This document shows positions 28,928-42,738 of a stretch of 64,000 nucleotides of DNA, one piece after another. The stretch is from an uncultured Candidatus Rokubacteria bacterium (GTDB lineage: Bacteria > Methylomirabilota > Methylomirabilia > Rokubacteriales > CSP1-6). Numbering within the stretch: position 1 is the first letter of the stretch; each line of letters begins with the position of its first letter. Location: assembly GCA_963771355.1 (NCBI GenBank), contig CAVYTA010000006.1:992001-1056000 (forward strand), written 5' to 3'. A model generated the notes under the pieces. That model ran no database searches, was not told the DNA's origin, and saw only the letters and a program-made list of their open reading frames with translations. The position numbers were made by a program, and so were the translations under genes.

Positions 28928-31047
28928 GCGAAAACCCCCAGCGAGAGCGTGAGGGTGCGCGCCCAGGTCTCGCCGGGGGCCAGATGGAGCGGCCAGGCGA
29001 AGACGATCGAGGAGCCTTGGTAAATACGCTCGAGCCCCGCCTCGGACAGGGACACCGTCTCCACCGGCGCCCACGCCACCTCCGCCGGCACCGGCGTCCC
29101 CAGCGCGAGCTCGACCCCGAGCCACTCGTCGACGAGGCTCAACCCGTCCAGGGCCGCGCGGGCGCCCTGGCTGCCCAGCGACGGCCGGTCCGGAAGCCGA
29201 TAGTACCGGCCCGGCGCCGCGCCCGCGGTGAGGGCAAGATTCCACTGCACCGCCCAGCGCCCGTCGAGCCGCCCGGTCCCGCGCCACGCGAGCCGGTACG
29301 CCACGGTGAGGCGCGCCCCCTCCGCGTGCAGGGTCACCGACTTCTCGATCGCCAGCGGTACCACCGGCCCGCCGTCGGCGGTGAGGGTGACCTCGATGGC
29401 GTCCGGTCGCTCGCGCACCCGATACGCCATCTCCGTGCCGGCGAAGACCAGCGGCGCGCCTTCCCAGGGATCGAGCGCGTTCACGGGGGCATCGGACGCA
29501 AGCACCCCTTCCCGTAAGGACGCGCGCCGCACGGTGTCGTACTCGAGGAGCCGGGCGAGCCCGGCCTCCTTCGCGTCGATCCGGTCGTGAATGCTGCGCG
29601 TCCCACCCCCGTCCGCCGCGGCGGCATCCGCCTCCTTGATGCGGGCGTGATAGGCCTCGCGGCGCCGCGTGAGCACGTCGGCCGCGTCGAGCGCGCGCGG
29701 GCGGAAGGCCAGCTCGCTGAGACTGCCGCCCGCATGCGGGGCGAGCGTCACCCCCAGATCGCGGCTTCGGAGACGCAGCTCGGTGCGCCCGGCGGCGTTG
29801 TCCCGTCCCGCTTCCCAGCCGAGCGCGGGAACCGCCCCCGCTGCCACCAGTCGATCCTCGGCCTCGATGAGCGCGGAACGAACGCCGCGGCGGAGGTGCG
29901 GGAGATAGCAGCCGCCGAACACGCCGTGCCAGTAGGCGTCGTTGGCCTGCCCGCGCCAGAGACGCTCCCGCGCCTCGAGAAGGAGCGGATCGGCCGGGCG
30001 CGCGGCAAGCGCGACCTCCAGGCGGCGGGAGAGGCGAAGCATGCGCCAGTACGCGTCGCCCATTTCCGGATACTTCACGAGGAAGCCCCGCCAGAAGCCG
30101 CCGCGCAGCAGTCGGCCCAGGCGCGCGCCGTCGGGAAGATCCCGGAGCCGGGCCCGCGCCTCCTCGATTTCTGCCGCCGCCGGCGCGGGCAGCGACCATT
30201 CGCCCATCTCCGAGTAGGACGCGGTGGGAAGGTATACGCGCCCCCGCGGCGGCTGGCTGTCCAGCACCCGCGAGAAGGTGGACACCGCCAGCCAGGGCGC
30301 GCTCCGGAGCGTGTCGAGGAACCGACGCAGCCAGCCCTCCGTGTACACGAGCCGGTGGGTGCCTGGCCAGACGCCGAACTTCTCGCCATCGTCCACCAGG
30401 GTGACGCTGCCCGCCCCGCGCCGCGACTCCAGGTACTCGAGGCTGGCGCGGGGATCGGCGAAGGGCACCAGGTAGCGAAGGCGCTCGCTGATGGGGAATA
30501 CCGCCAAGGGCTGGCCCTCGTCCTCGGTGAGGAAGTAGCCGCCCACCGACTCGGGATCCAGGCCGGCGAGGGCGAAGTGGTGGTCGTCCACCACGACGTA
30601 CTCGACCCCCGCCGCGGCCAGCGCGCGCGGGAGCTGCGGCTCCCACACCCGTTCCGCCAGCCACATGCCGCGGGGGGTGACGCCGAAGCTGACGCGGAGG
30701 AACTCGGTCAGCCGCTGGATCTGGCCCACCTTGTCGGGCTCCCGCAGCATGGGGAGGATGGGCTCGTAGAACCCGCCGGTGAGGAGCTCGACCCGGCCCG
30801 AGGCAGCCAGCTCGCCGAGGAGATCGAAGGTCTTGCCCGCATGCTCGCGCAGCCAGCCCAGCAGGCTGCCGGAGCAATGCACGGTGAGGGCGACGTCCGG
30901 CTCGCTTCGGAGCACCTCGAAGAAGGGGTGGTAGGCGGCGGCCGTCGCCTCCGCGATCACCCCATCGAAGTTACCGGCCGGCTGATGATTGTGGACGCCG
31001 AAGAGGAAGTGCAGCTCGGCGCCGGCCGCGTCCGGCGCGCTCGTCAC
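28924..31047 (-). CDS. GH57 alpha-amylase / 4-alpha-glucanotransferase (with DUF1925/DUF1926-like C-terminus)
   Basis: HNHQPAGN, GGFYEPIL, GMWLAERVWEP, DDGEKFG, QANDAYWHGVFGG. Confidence 0.92.
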   Translation of the reverse strand: MTSAPDAAGAELHFLFGVHNHQPAGNFDGVIAEATAAAYHPFFEVLRSEPDVALTVHCSGSLLGWLREHAGKTFDLLGELAASGRVELLTGGFYEPILPMLREPDKVGQIQRLTEFLRVSFGVTPRGMWLAERVWEPQLPRALAAAGVEYVVVDDHHFALAGLDPESVGGYFLTEDEGQPLAVFPISERLRYLVPFADPRASLEYLESRRGAGSVTLVDDGEKFGVWPGTHRLVYTEGWLRRFLDTLRSAPWLAVSTFSRVLDSQPPRGRVYLPTASYSEMGEWSLPAPAAAEIEEARARLRDLPDGARLGRLLRGGFWRGFLVKYPEMGDAYWRMLRLSRRLEVALAARPADPLLLEARERLWRGQANDAYWHGVFGGCYLPHLRRGVRSALIEAEDRLVAAGAVPALGWEAGRDNAAGRTELRLRSRDLGVTLAPHAGGSLSELAFRPRALDAADVLTRRREAYHARIKEADAAAADGGGTRSIHDRIDAKEAGLARLLEYDTVRRASLREGVLASDAPVNALDPWEGAPLVFAGTEMAYRVRERPDAIEVTLTADGGPVVPLAIEKSVTLHAEGARLTVAYRLAWRGTGRLDGRWAVQWNLALTAGAAPGRYYRLPDRPSLGSQGARAALDGLSLVDEWLGVELALGTPVPAEVAWAPVETVSLSEAGLERIYQGSSIVFAWPLHLAPGETWARTLTLSLGVFA

Positions 31048-31937
31048 TCCCGGCCCAGGTCCCGGTGACGGACGATCGGCGCGAAGCCCTGTCCCTCGAG
31101 GAAGGTGCGCAGCGACTCCACAAAGGCCACCGAGCGATGCTTGCCGCCGGTACAGCCGAGCGCGATGGCGAGGTAGGCCTTGCCCTCGCGCTGATAGAGG
31201 GGCAGGAGGAACTGGACGAGGTCCTCCAGGCGGCTCAGCAGCTCCCTGCTCTCCGGGTGAGCAAACAGCCAGTCGGTGACCTCGCGGTCGCGACCGTCAT
31301 GCGCGCGCAGGGCCTCCACGAAGTGCGGGTTGGGCAGGAAGCGCAAGTCGAACACCAGGTCGGCGTCGTACGGGAGGCCGTGCTTGAATCCGAAGGACAC
31401 CAGGGACACCGTGAGCGTCCCGCGCGGGCGCGGAGTGCCGTACATCTGGATGAGGCGGTCCTTGAGCTGATGCACGGTCAGGCTCGAGGTGTCGAGGATC
31501 TGGTCCGCCGCCTCGCGGAGGTGGGCGAGGGCCTTGCGCTCGGCGCGGATGCCGTCCAGCACGTTCCCCTCGCCGGCGAGGGGATGGCGCCGGCGGGTCT
31601 CGTGGTAGCGCCGCACCAGGATCTCGTCGGACGCCTCGAGGAAGAGAACCTCGGGAACATGTCCGGTTCCGCGAATCGTCCCGAGGATCTCCAGGAGGTG
31701 CTCGAGGTATTCGCCCTCGCGCACGTCCACCCCCAGTGCAATGTTGGTCATCCCGCGGCTGGACTGCGCGCACAGCTCGGCGAAGGTCGGGATCAGGGTG
31801 GTGGGGAGGTTGTCCACGCAGAAGTAACCCAGGTCCTCGAAGCACTTGATGGCGTAGCTCTTCCCCGCCCCGGACAGCCCGGTGATGATGACGAAGCGCA
31901 GGCGCTCCGGAAGGGTCGCCGGGGGCGTCGCCGTCAT
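31044..31937 (-). CDS. rapZ: RNase adapter RapZ (P-loop NTP-binding, YvcJ family)
   Basis: ITGLSGAGKS, CVDNLP, TRRRHPL, SFGFKHG, RFLPNP, GCTGGKHRS. Confidence 0.95.
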   Translation of the reverse strand: MTATPPATLPERLRFVIITGLSGAGKSYAIKCFEDLGYFCVDNLPTTLIPTFAELCAQSSRGMTNIALGVDVREGEYLEHLLEILGTIRGTGHVPEVLFLEASDEILVRRYHETRRRHPLAGEGNVLDGIRAERKALAHLREAADQILDTSSLTVHQLKDRLIQMYGTPRPRGTLTVSLVSFGFKHGLPYDADLVFDLRFLPNPHFVEALRAHDGRDREVTDWLFAHPESRELLSRLEDLVQFLLPLYQREGKAYLAIALGCTGGKHRSVAFVESLRTFLEGQGFAPIVRHRDLGRE

Positions 31938-32512
31938 GCCACCGGCTCGATGAGGCCGAAGCCGCCGGCTCGGCCCCGATAGAGCACGTTCACCGTACCC
32001 GAGCCGGCATTGGTGAACGCGAAGAACGGGTCGCGGCTCAGGCGGAACTGCTCCAGCGCCTCCTCCACCGACATCGGCTTGGCCGGCACCTGGGTGACCT
32101 CGAGGGGCTCGCTCGGCTCGCGTGCGGCTGCGCCTCGCCCTCCTCGCTTCGCTCGGGAAGCATTTCCATATCCGCTCGGCTCGCCTTCGGCTGCGCCTCG
32201 CCAAGCCAGGCCCTTACGAATCGGCTTGTGGGTCTGGATGCGATCCTTGAGCTCGCGGACCTGGCGGGTGAGCGCCGCCAGCGCGGCATCCACCGCGGCG
32301 GCCAGGTCGAGGGCCGTTTCCTCGCTGCGGAAGGTGTGGAGCTTGGCCACCAGCGTCACCCCCGCGGTCCGACGGTTCCGCTCCTTGGTCAGCACCACCC
32401 GGGCCTCGTTGGGCTTCGGCGACAGGCGCGCCAGCTTCTCGATTCGCTCCTGCAGGTGCGCCCGATACGTCGGAGAGACGGTGAGGCCGCGCGCGCTGAT
32501 GATTACCCGCAT
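31934..32512 (-). CDS. hpf: Long-form ribosome hibernation promoting factor with repeat-derived linker
   Basis: MRVIISARGL...AAVDAALAALTRQVRELKDR N-domain and KPMSVEEALEQF...NVLYR...GFGLIEP C-domain; downstream of rpoN. Confidence 0.9.
   Translation of the reverse strand: MRVIISARGLTVSPTYRAHLQERIEKLARLSPKPNEARVVLTKERNRRTAGVTLVAKLHTFRSEETALDLAAAVDAALAALTRQVRELKDRIQTHKPIRKGLAWRGAAEGEPSGYGNASRAKRGGRGAAAREPSEPLEVTQVPAKPMSVEEALEQFRLSRDPFFAFTNAGSGTVNVLYRGRAGGFGLIEPVA
32110..32204. repeat. REP-like repeat cluster inside hpf coding sequence
   Basis: CGCTCGGCTCGCGTGCGGCTGCGCCTCGCC (32110-32139), CCTCGCTTCGCTCGG (32142-32156), CGCTCGGCTCGCCTTCGGCTGCGCCTCGCC (32173-32202); same family as 14144-14249. 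Confidence 0.8.
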
Positions 32513-32526
32513 GGCCGCCGCCGCGC

Positions 32527-33972
32527 TCAGCGCTTCTTGGGGGCCATCCTGCGCTGGTGCGAGGGCTGGATACCGAGCTCTTCGCGGTACTTGGCCACCG
32601 TCCGGCGCGCGATGGTGAGCCCCTGCGTGTGCAGGGTCTTGGCGATGTCCTGGTCCGAGTAGGGCTTGGCGGAGTCCTCGCCCGCGACCAGGTCCTGGAT
32701 GGTCTTCTTCACCGACACCGAGGACACCACGTCGCCGTTGTTGGAGGCGATGCCGCTGTGGAAGAACCACTTGAGCTCGTAGAGGCCCTGCGGCGTCTGG
32801 ATGTACTTGTTGGTGGTCACCCGGCTGATGGTGGACTCGTGCATCCCGATGTCCTCCCCCACGTCACGGAGGGCGAGGGGGCGGAGATGAGCGAGGCCCC
32901 GGTCGAAGAACTCCCGCTGGAACTTCACCAGGCTGGTGGCCACCTTCCGGATGGTGCGCTGCCGCTGCTCCACGCTCTTGATGAGCCAGAGGGCGGATCG
33001 CAGCTTCTGCTCCACGAACTGCTTGTCCTCCCCCGCCGAGCCGCGGAGGAGCGAGCGGTAGAGCGAGTTGACCCGGAGCCGGGGCAGGCCCTCGTCGTTG
33101 AGCACCACCACGTAGTCGTCGCCGATCTTCTGGAGCGTCACGTCGGGCGCGATGTAGCGCGAGTCGGCCACCACGAAGCGCCGGCCGGGCTTGGGCTCCA
33201 GGCCCTGGATCTCCTCCACCGATTCCATGATGCGGTCCAGCGACAGCTTCAGCGCGCGCGCGATCTCCGGGTAGCGCCGCCGCTCGAGGTCGTCCATGTG
33301 CTTCTCGACGATCTCGACGGACACCGGGTCCGGCTCGGAGTCGGCCCGGAGCTGGAGGAGCAGGCACTCCTGGATACTCCGCGCCGCCACCCCGGGCGGG
33401 TCGAAGCTCTGGATGAGCTGGAGCGCCTTGTCCACCTCGTCCACCGTCCGGCCCATCTGCTCCGCGAGCTCGGCCGTCTCTGCGCGCAGGTATCCGTCCT
33501 CGTCGAGGTTACCGATGATCGACTCCCCCAGCGCCAGCAGCACGGGCTCGTCGGTGATCATCCGGAGCTGCTCCATCAGATGGTCGGTCAGCGAGGTCTC
33601 CGTGCGGCCCAGGTTCTCGAACGGCAGGTCGTCCCGCTCCTCCGTGGAGACCGGGGTCCGCTCCTCCGGCTGGTCGAACATCGCCTGAGTGAGGTCGAAG
33701 GGCAGGTCGTCCGACTTCTCCCCATCGACCGTGCTCTGCTCCTTGGCCAGCGGCGACTCGCTGGGCGGGGGCTGAAGATCGGCGGTCTCGGTCCCCGCGA
33801 CCTCCGCGGTGGGCTCGTTCTCCGCCTGTACCTCCTCGAGGAGGGGATTTTCGCGGAGCTCCTGCTCCACGACTTCCTTGAGCTCGAGGGTGGAGAGCTG
33901 GAGCAGATGGATGGCCTGCTGGAGCAGCGGGGTCATCACCACCCGCTGTGACATTCGTTGAACCAGTCGCAT
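32527..33972 (-). CDS. rpoN: RNA polymerase sigma-54 factor
   Basis: MTPLLQQAIHLLQLS, MHESTISRV, RpoN box ARRTVAKYRE. Confidence 0.97.
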   Translation of the reverse strand: MRLVQRMSQRVVMTPLLQQAIHLLQLSTLELKEVVEQELRENPLLEEVQAENEPTAEVAGTETADLQPPPSESPLAKEQSTVDGEKSDDLPFDLTQAMFDQPEERTPVSTEERDDLPFENLGRTETSLTDHLMEQLRMITDEPVLLALGESIIGNLDEDGYLRAETAELAEQMGRTVDEVDKALQLIQSFDPPGVAARSIQECLLLQLRADSEPDPVSVEIVEKHMDDLERRRYPEIARALKLSLDRIMESVEEIQGLEPKPGRRFVVADSRYIAPDVTLQKIGDDYVVVLNDEGLPRLRVNSLYRSLLRGSAGEDKQFVEQKLRSALWLIKSVEQRQRTIRKVATSLVKFQREFFDRGLAHLRPLALRDVGEDIGMHESTISRVTTNKYIQTPQGLYELKWFFHSGIASNNGDVVSSVSVKKTIQDLVAGEDSAKPYSDQDIAKTLHTQGLTIARRTVAKYREELGIQPSHQRRMAPKKR

Positions 33973-33995
33973 CGGTCAGGCGCTCCGGATAGGCG

Positions 33996-34718
33996 TCAGA
34001 GCGAGAACTTCTCGCCCAGGTAGATTTCGCGGGCCCGCGGATTGTTCGCCAGCTCGTGGGCGGTGCCGGCGGCGAGGATCTGGCCGTGGTACAGGATGTA
34101 CGCGCGGTCGGTGATGGCGAGGGTCTCCCGCACGTTGTGGTCGGTGATGAGGACGCCGATGCCGCGCTCGCGCAGGCGGGCCACGATCTCCTGGATGTCC
34201 CCGATGGCGATGGGATCGATGCCCGTGAAGGGCTCGTCGAGCAGGAGGTAACGGGGCCCGGTCACCAGCGCCCGCGTGATCTCGAGGCGCCGCCGCTCGC
34301 CGCCGGACAGGGTGAAGGCCTTGTGGCGCGCGAGCGGGGTGAGATCGAGCTCGGCGAGGAGGACGCGGAGCCGCGCCATCCGCTCCTGCTCGGTGAGGTC
34401 CATGGTCTCGAGGATGGCGAGCAGGTTCTCCTCCACGGTGAGCTTGCGGAACACCGAGGACTCCTGCGGGAGATAGCCCATCCCCATCCGGCAGCGCTGG
34501 TACATGGGCAGATCGGTGATCTCCTGGCCTTCCAGGAAGATGCGCCCGCCCTCGGGTCGCAGCAGGCCCACCATCATGTAGAAGGACGTGGTCTTCCCGG
34601 CCCCGTTCGGTCCCAGCAGGCCTACCACCTCACCGCGCTGGATATCGACGCTCACGCGGTCGACCACCACGCGGTTGCGAAAGCGCTTGACCAGCCCCTG
34701 CGCGATCAGACCTTCCAT
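33996..34718 (-). CDS. lptB: LPS export ABC transporter ATP-binding protein
   Basis: [48 protein letters not shown]. Confidence 0.96.
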   Translation of the reverse strand: MEGLIAQGLVKRFRNRVVVDRVSVDIQRGEVVGLLGPNGAGKTTSFYMMVGLLRPEGGRIFLEGQEITDLPMYQRCRMGMGYLPQESSVFRKLTVEENLLAILETMDLTEQERMARLRVLLAELDLTPLARHKAFTLSGGERRRLEITRALVTGPRYLLLDEPFTGIDPIAIGDIQEIVARLRERGIGVLITDHNVRETLAITDRAYILYHGQILAAGTAHELANNPRAREIYLGEKFSL

Positions 34719-34722
34719 GACG

Positions 34723-35334
34723 TCACGGCTTGCACGGGGCGCCGGCGGCGGGCTTGCCATTGGGCGAGGCCTCGCCCTCGCGCTTGGGATAGAAGACGCT
34801 CTTCACGCGGCCGCCCGCGCCGGCCTCGGCCATGCTCCGGTCCTCGGCCAGAAAGATGGTGATGCGCTCCCCGGTGACCACGTTCTCATCCTGCCAGACG
34901 CGCGCATCGCCGGTGAGGACCACCCGCTGCTCGGCGTCGTAGTACTCCGCCCGGTTCGCGGTTCCGGTGCGGCAGTCGCGGGTGATGATCCGCACGCCGC
35001 CGGTGGACACGGTGCGCGTCACCTTGTCCCCCTTGTCGTCGAGGTACACCTCCATGCGGTCCGCGTACTGGGTCGAGTTGTTGTGTCGGGCCACCACGTT
35101 CCCGGTGAAGACGACCAGCCCCTGCTTCTGGTTCGAGACCAGCTGATCGGCGTCCACCTCGACCGGCTGGCCTCGACCCGACGCCGCCGGGCTCTTGGGT
35201 GCCGTCGGTGCGGCCCCTGCCGTGCCCGCCGGAGCCGGCCGCGGGCGCGGCGACGAGGTCTGGGCCTGCACGTCCCCGATCGCGCTCACCCCGAGCCACA
35301 CTCCCAGCACGACCGCCGTCAGTCCGCGTCTCAT
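34723..35334 (-). CDS. lptA: LPS transport periplasmic protein LptA (OstA family)
   Basis: Signal peptide; [44 protein letters not shown]; between lptC and lptB. Confidence 0.9.
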   Translation of the reverse strand: MRRGLTAVVLGVWLGVSAIGDVQAQTSSPRPRPAPAGTAGAAPTAPKSPAASGRGQPVEVDADQLVSNQKQGLVVFTGNVVARHNNSTQYADRMEVYLDDKGDKVTRTVSTGGVRIITRDCRTGTANRAEYYDAEQRVVLTGDARVWQDENVVTGERITIFLAEDRSMAEAGAGGRVKSVFYPKREGEASPNGKPAAGAPCKP

Positions 35335-35337
35335 CGA

Positions 35338-36006
35338 CTAGCCCTTGACCCCGGCGCGGGGCACCGGGCCCGCCTCCGCCGACGGCAGCTCGTCAGTCTT
35401 GCTCGCGCCGGGCTTGCTCGCGTCGGGCTTGGTCACGTCGGGATTGGTCGTCCCGAACGTCGCCCGGATCCGTCCCTTGATCTCGGTGTTCCGCTCACCC
35501 ACCCGGGCGTCGAGCCCCTGGCCCTGGACCACCGCACCCTTCTGGTGCAGGGTAACGGGCTCGTCCGTCCACGCGCGCTTCGCGTCGGCGTCCCAGCGCA
35601 GCCGCGTGGTCTCCAGCCGCAGCCCATCGCTCGAGGTCAGGATCACATTGCCCCGCAGCTCGACGTTCTTGCTCTCCTGCGCCATCTCCCCCTCGTCGCC
35701 GGTGACGGTCCAGCTCCGATCGGGCTCCTGGATCCGGATGCGAACTTTTCGGAGAAGGGTGCGGCCCGCCTTCTCGTACGCCTCCGCCTGATCCGCTTGG
35801 AGCTGCCAGGTCACGCCGTCCTTCATCTCCTCCTGCAGCTCCACTTCCTTGATCCGATAGTCGGCCCGGGTCTGCGGGCCCTCGGACGGCACCGACTGCA
35901 CGCCCCGGCCGCGGAGAACCAGCACGCCCACAACGACCACCACGAAGAGGGCGACACCCACGAAGAGTACACGCGAAAGCCGTTGGGTATGCAATTTCAA
36001 TACCAC
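35338..36006 (-). CDS. lptC: LPS export periplasmic protein LptC
   Basis: N-terminal TM helix, WQLQADQA, ELRGNV, LETTRLRWD, TDEPV; start uncertain (GTG36006 or a downstream TTG). Confidence 0.85.
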   Translation of the reverse strand: MVLKLHTQRLSRVLFVGVALFVVVVVGVLVLRGRGVQSVPSEGPQTRADYRIKEVELQEEMKDGVTWQLQADQAEAYEKAGRTLLRKVRIRIQEPDRSWTVTGDEGEMAQESKNVELRGNVILTSSDGLRLETTRLRWDADAKRAWTDEPVTLHQKGAVVQGQGLDARVGERNTEIKGRIRATFGTTNPDVTKPDASKPGASKTDELPSAEAGPVPRAGVKG

Positions 36007-36060
36007 GCTAGCACAGCTCTCAGGAGCGCGGCAATAAACTTCCCGTCTGACCCACGGGGT

Positions 36061-36585
36061 TCATGCGGACGCGGGGATACGAGGTGGCCAGGCCTTCCGG
36101 GCGCGCAAAATCAGCTCCACCGCTTCACGAACGGCGCCACGGCCGCCGGGCTGGCGGGAAACCCAGTCCGCCGCCCGGCGTACCTCGGGCACGGCATCCG
36201 CGGGGGCCAGGGCAAGGCCCACCGCGCTCATCAGCGGCAGATCGGGCAAGTCGTCGCCCATGGCCGCAATCTCACCGCGCGCGCGACCCAGGCGTGCGAT
36301 CAGCTCCGCCAGGCGCGCGGCCTTGTCCCCCACCCCCTGATGGACCTCCTCGATCTCGAGCTCCGCGAGCCGGCGCGTGACCGCCGCCGAGGCGCGGCCC
36401 GAGATCACCGCGACCGCGAGCCCCGCGCGGCGGGCCGCGACGAGGGCGTAGCCGTCGCGCACGTGGAAGCGCTTCACCTCCTCGCCGGCGGGTCCGTAGA
36501 CGAGCATGCCGTCGGTGAGCACGCCGTCGACGTCGAGCACGAGGAGCCGCACTTTGGCCGCGCGCGCGGCAAGAGACGTCGTCAT
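36061..36585 (-). CDS. kdsC: KDO 8-phosphate phosphatase (HAD)
   Basis: LDVDGVLTDG, FHVRDG, MGDDLPD, GGRGAVRE. Confidence 0.93.
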   Translation of the reverse strand: MTTSLAARAAKVRLLVLDVDGVLTDGMLVYGPAGEEVKRFHVRDGYALVAARRAGLAVAVISGRASAAVTRRLAELEIEEVHQGVGDKAARLAELIARLGRARGEIAAMGDDLPDLPLMSAVGLALAPADAVPEVRRAADWVSRQPGGRGAVREAVELILRARKAWPPRIPASA

Positions 36586-36591
36586 GCGGGG

Positions 36592-37563
36592 CTACGCGAT
36601 CTTCGAGCCGAGGATGTCGTGGAGGTGGATGAAGGCGTGGGGACGGCCGCTAGCGTCGGTAATGACCAGGCTCGTGATCTGGTGCGCCTCCATCACCGCG
36701 AGCGCCTTCGCGGCGAGATCCTCGGCGTCGATGCGCTTGGGGTTCCGCGACATGCAGTCGGCGACCCGGCGGTCCAGCAGCGAGCCGCCCGCGAGCTGAA
36801 GCCGCCGGAGATCGCCGTCGGTCACGACCCCCACCAGCCGCCCCGCCGCGTCCACCACCGTGGTCATGCCGCGCCGCTTGGCGGTCATCTCCTCCAGCGC
36901 TTCCTTCATGGTGGCCGACTCGCCGACGATGGGCACGGCCTCGCCGGTGCGCATGAGGTCCTGCACCTTGACGAACGCCTTCCACCGCAGCGTCCCCGCC
37001 GGATGCAGGGCGGCGTATTCCTCCGGGCGCAGCCCACGGAGCTCGAGCAGCGCCATGGCCAGCGCGTCGCCCATGGCCAGGGCCGCAGTGGTGCTCGAGG
37101 TGGGCGCCAGGTTCATGGGACAGGCCTCCTCGCTCACCGCCACGTCGAGCACGACATCGGCCTGCCGCGCCAGCGAGGAAGCGGCGCTGCCGGTGAGGAG
37201 CACCATCGGCACCCCGAGCCGCTTCAGCGCGGGCAGCACCGCGAGCAGCTCGTCGGTCTCGCCCGAGTTCGACAGGGCCAGGACGACGTCGTCCCGCGCC
37301 ACCATGCCCACGTCACCATGCACGCCTTCGGCCGGGTGGAGGAAGTATGCCGGCGTGCCCGTGCTCGCCATGGTGGCCGCCACCTTGCGGCCCACCAGGC
37401 CGGACTTCCCCATGCCGGTGACGATGACGCGGCCACGGCAGCGTGCGATCAGCTCCACCGCGGCGACGAAACGCTCGTCGAGCCGTCCGGTGAGCGCGAG
37501 CACCGCCTCCGCCTCCAGACGCAGCACGCGCTCGGCGATCGCCAGGAGACGCGCGGGGTCCAT
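36592..37563 (-). CDS. kdsD: Arabinose-5-phosphate isomerase (SIS + CBS)
   Basis: VTGMGKSG, HPAEGVHGD, SNSGET, LAPTSST, C-terminal CBS pair. Confidence 0.93.
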   Translation of the reverse strand: MDPARLLAIAERVLRLEAEAVLALTGRLDERFVAAVELIARCRGRVIVTGMGKSGLVGRKVAATMASTGTPAYFLHPAEGVHGDVGMVARDDVVLALSNSGETDELLAVLPALKRLGVPMVLLTGSAASSLARQADVVLDVAVSEEACPMNLAPTSSTTAALAMGDALAMALLELRGLRPEEYAALHPAGTLRWKAFVKVQDLMRTGEAVPIVGESATMKEALEEMTAKRRGMTTVVDAAGRLVGVVTDGDLRRLQLAGGSLLDRRVADCMSRNPKRIDAEDLAAKALAVMEAHQITSLVITDASGRPHAFIHLHDILGSKIA

Positions 37564-38423
37564 CAGGCGCCGCCCCTCCCAGCGGCCGGCGCGAGCCCCC
37601 CGCGGATGGCGCGCAGCTCGGCGAGGAGACGCGGCAGCTCGTCGAGCCGGAGCATGTTGGGCCCGTCCGAGAGCGGCCGGCCGTCGGCGAGCGTGCGGTC
37701 CGGGTCCTCGTGCATCTCCATGAAGAGGGCATCCACGCCCGCCGCCACCGCCGCGCGCGCCAGCAGCGGCACATAGCGGCGCTCCCCGCCTGACCGGTGC
37801 CCCAGCCCGCCCGGGAGCTGGACGGAGTGGGTGGCGTCGAAGATCACCGGATAGCCCAGCTCACCCATGATGGCCAGCCCGCGGAAATCCACCACCAGGT
37901 TCGCGTACCCGAAGCTCGTGCCGCGCTCGGTGAGGAGGATGTCCTCATTGCCGGTGGACGCGATCTTGGCCGCCACGTTGCCCATGTCGCGGGGGGCGAG
38001 GAACTGGCCCTTCTTCACGTTGACCGGCCGGCCCGTCCGGCCGCACGCCAGCAGCAGCTCGGTCTGACGGCAGAGGAAGGCCGGGATCTGGAGCACATCG
38101 AGCACCTCGGCGGCGGGCCCCACCTCCGCGACGTCGTGCACGTCGGAGAGGACCGGCAGCCCGGTGATCTCCTTGACCCGGCGAAGAATGCGGAGCCCTT
38201 CCTTCAGACCCGGTCCCCGGTACGAGTCGATCGATGAGCGATTGGCCTTGTCGTAGGACGACTTGTAGATGAAGGGAATCCCGGCCGCGGCGGTGGTGGC
38301 CTTGAGGCGCTCCGCCACCATGACGGCGTGCTCCTCGCTCTCGATCGCGCAGGGCCCCCCGATGAGGACGAGCGGCCCGCCCCCGCCGATCGTGATCCCG
38401 CCGACCCGAACGGTCCGGCCCAC
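37563..38423 (-). CDS. kdsA: KDO 8-phosphate synthase
   Basis: [43 protein letters not shown]. Confidence 0.96.
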   Translation of the reverse strand: MGRTVRVGGITIGGGGPLVLIGGPCAIESEEHAVMVAERLKATTAAAGIPFIYKSSYDKANRSSIDSYRGPGLKEGLRILRRVKEITGLPVLSDVHDVAEVGPAAEVLDVLQIPAFLCRQTELLLACGRTGRPVNVKKGQFLAPRDMGNVAAKIASTGNEDILLTERGTSFGYANLVVDFRGLAIMGELGYPVIFDATHSVQLPGGLGHRSGGERRYVPLLARAAVAAGVDALFMEMHEDPDRTLADGRPLSDGPNMLRLDELPRLLAELRAIRGGLAPAAGRGGA

Positions 38424-38435
38424 CGCGTCGCGGGC

Positions 38436-42647
<4,212 letters not shown>

Positions 42648-42738
42648 CAACGCGGCTCGGGGGGGACGGGGGCTCGTGGGCGGCGCGACGGAACAACCAG
42701 ACCAGCAACTACGAACTGCAGGGGCATAGCGAACTCTA

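Noticed and set aside
35390..35455. 15-bp degenerate repeats in the lptC 3' end (PDVTK/PDASK/PGASK)
   Set aside because: Ordinary low-complexity disordered tail.
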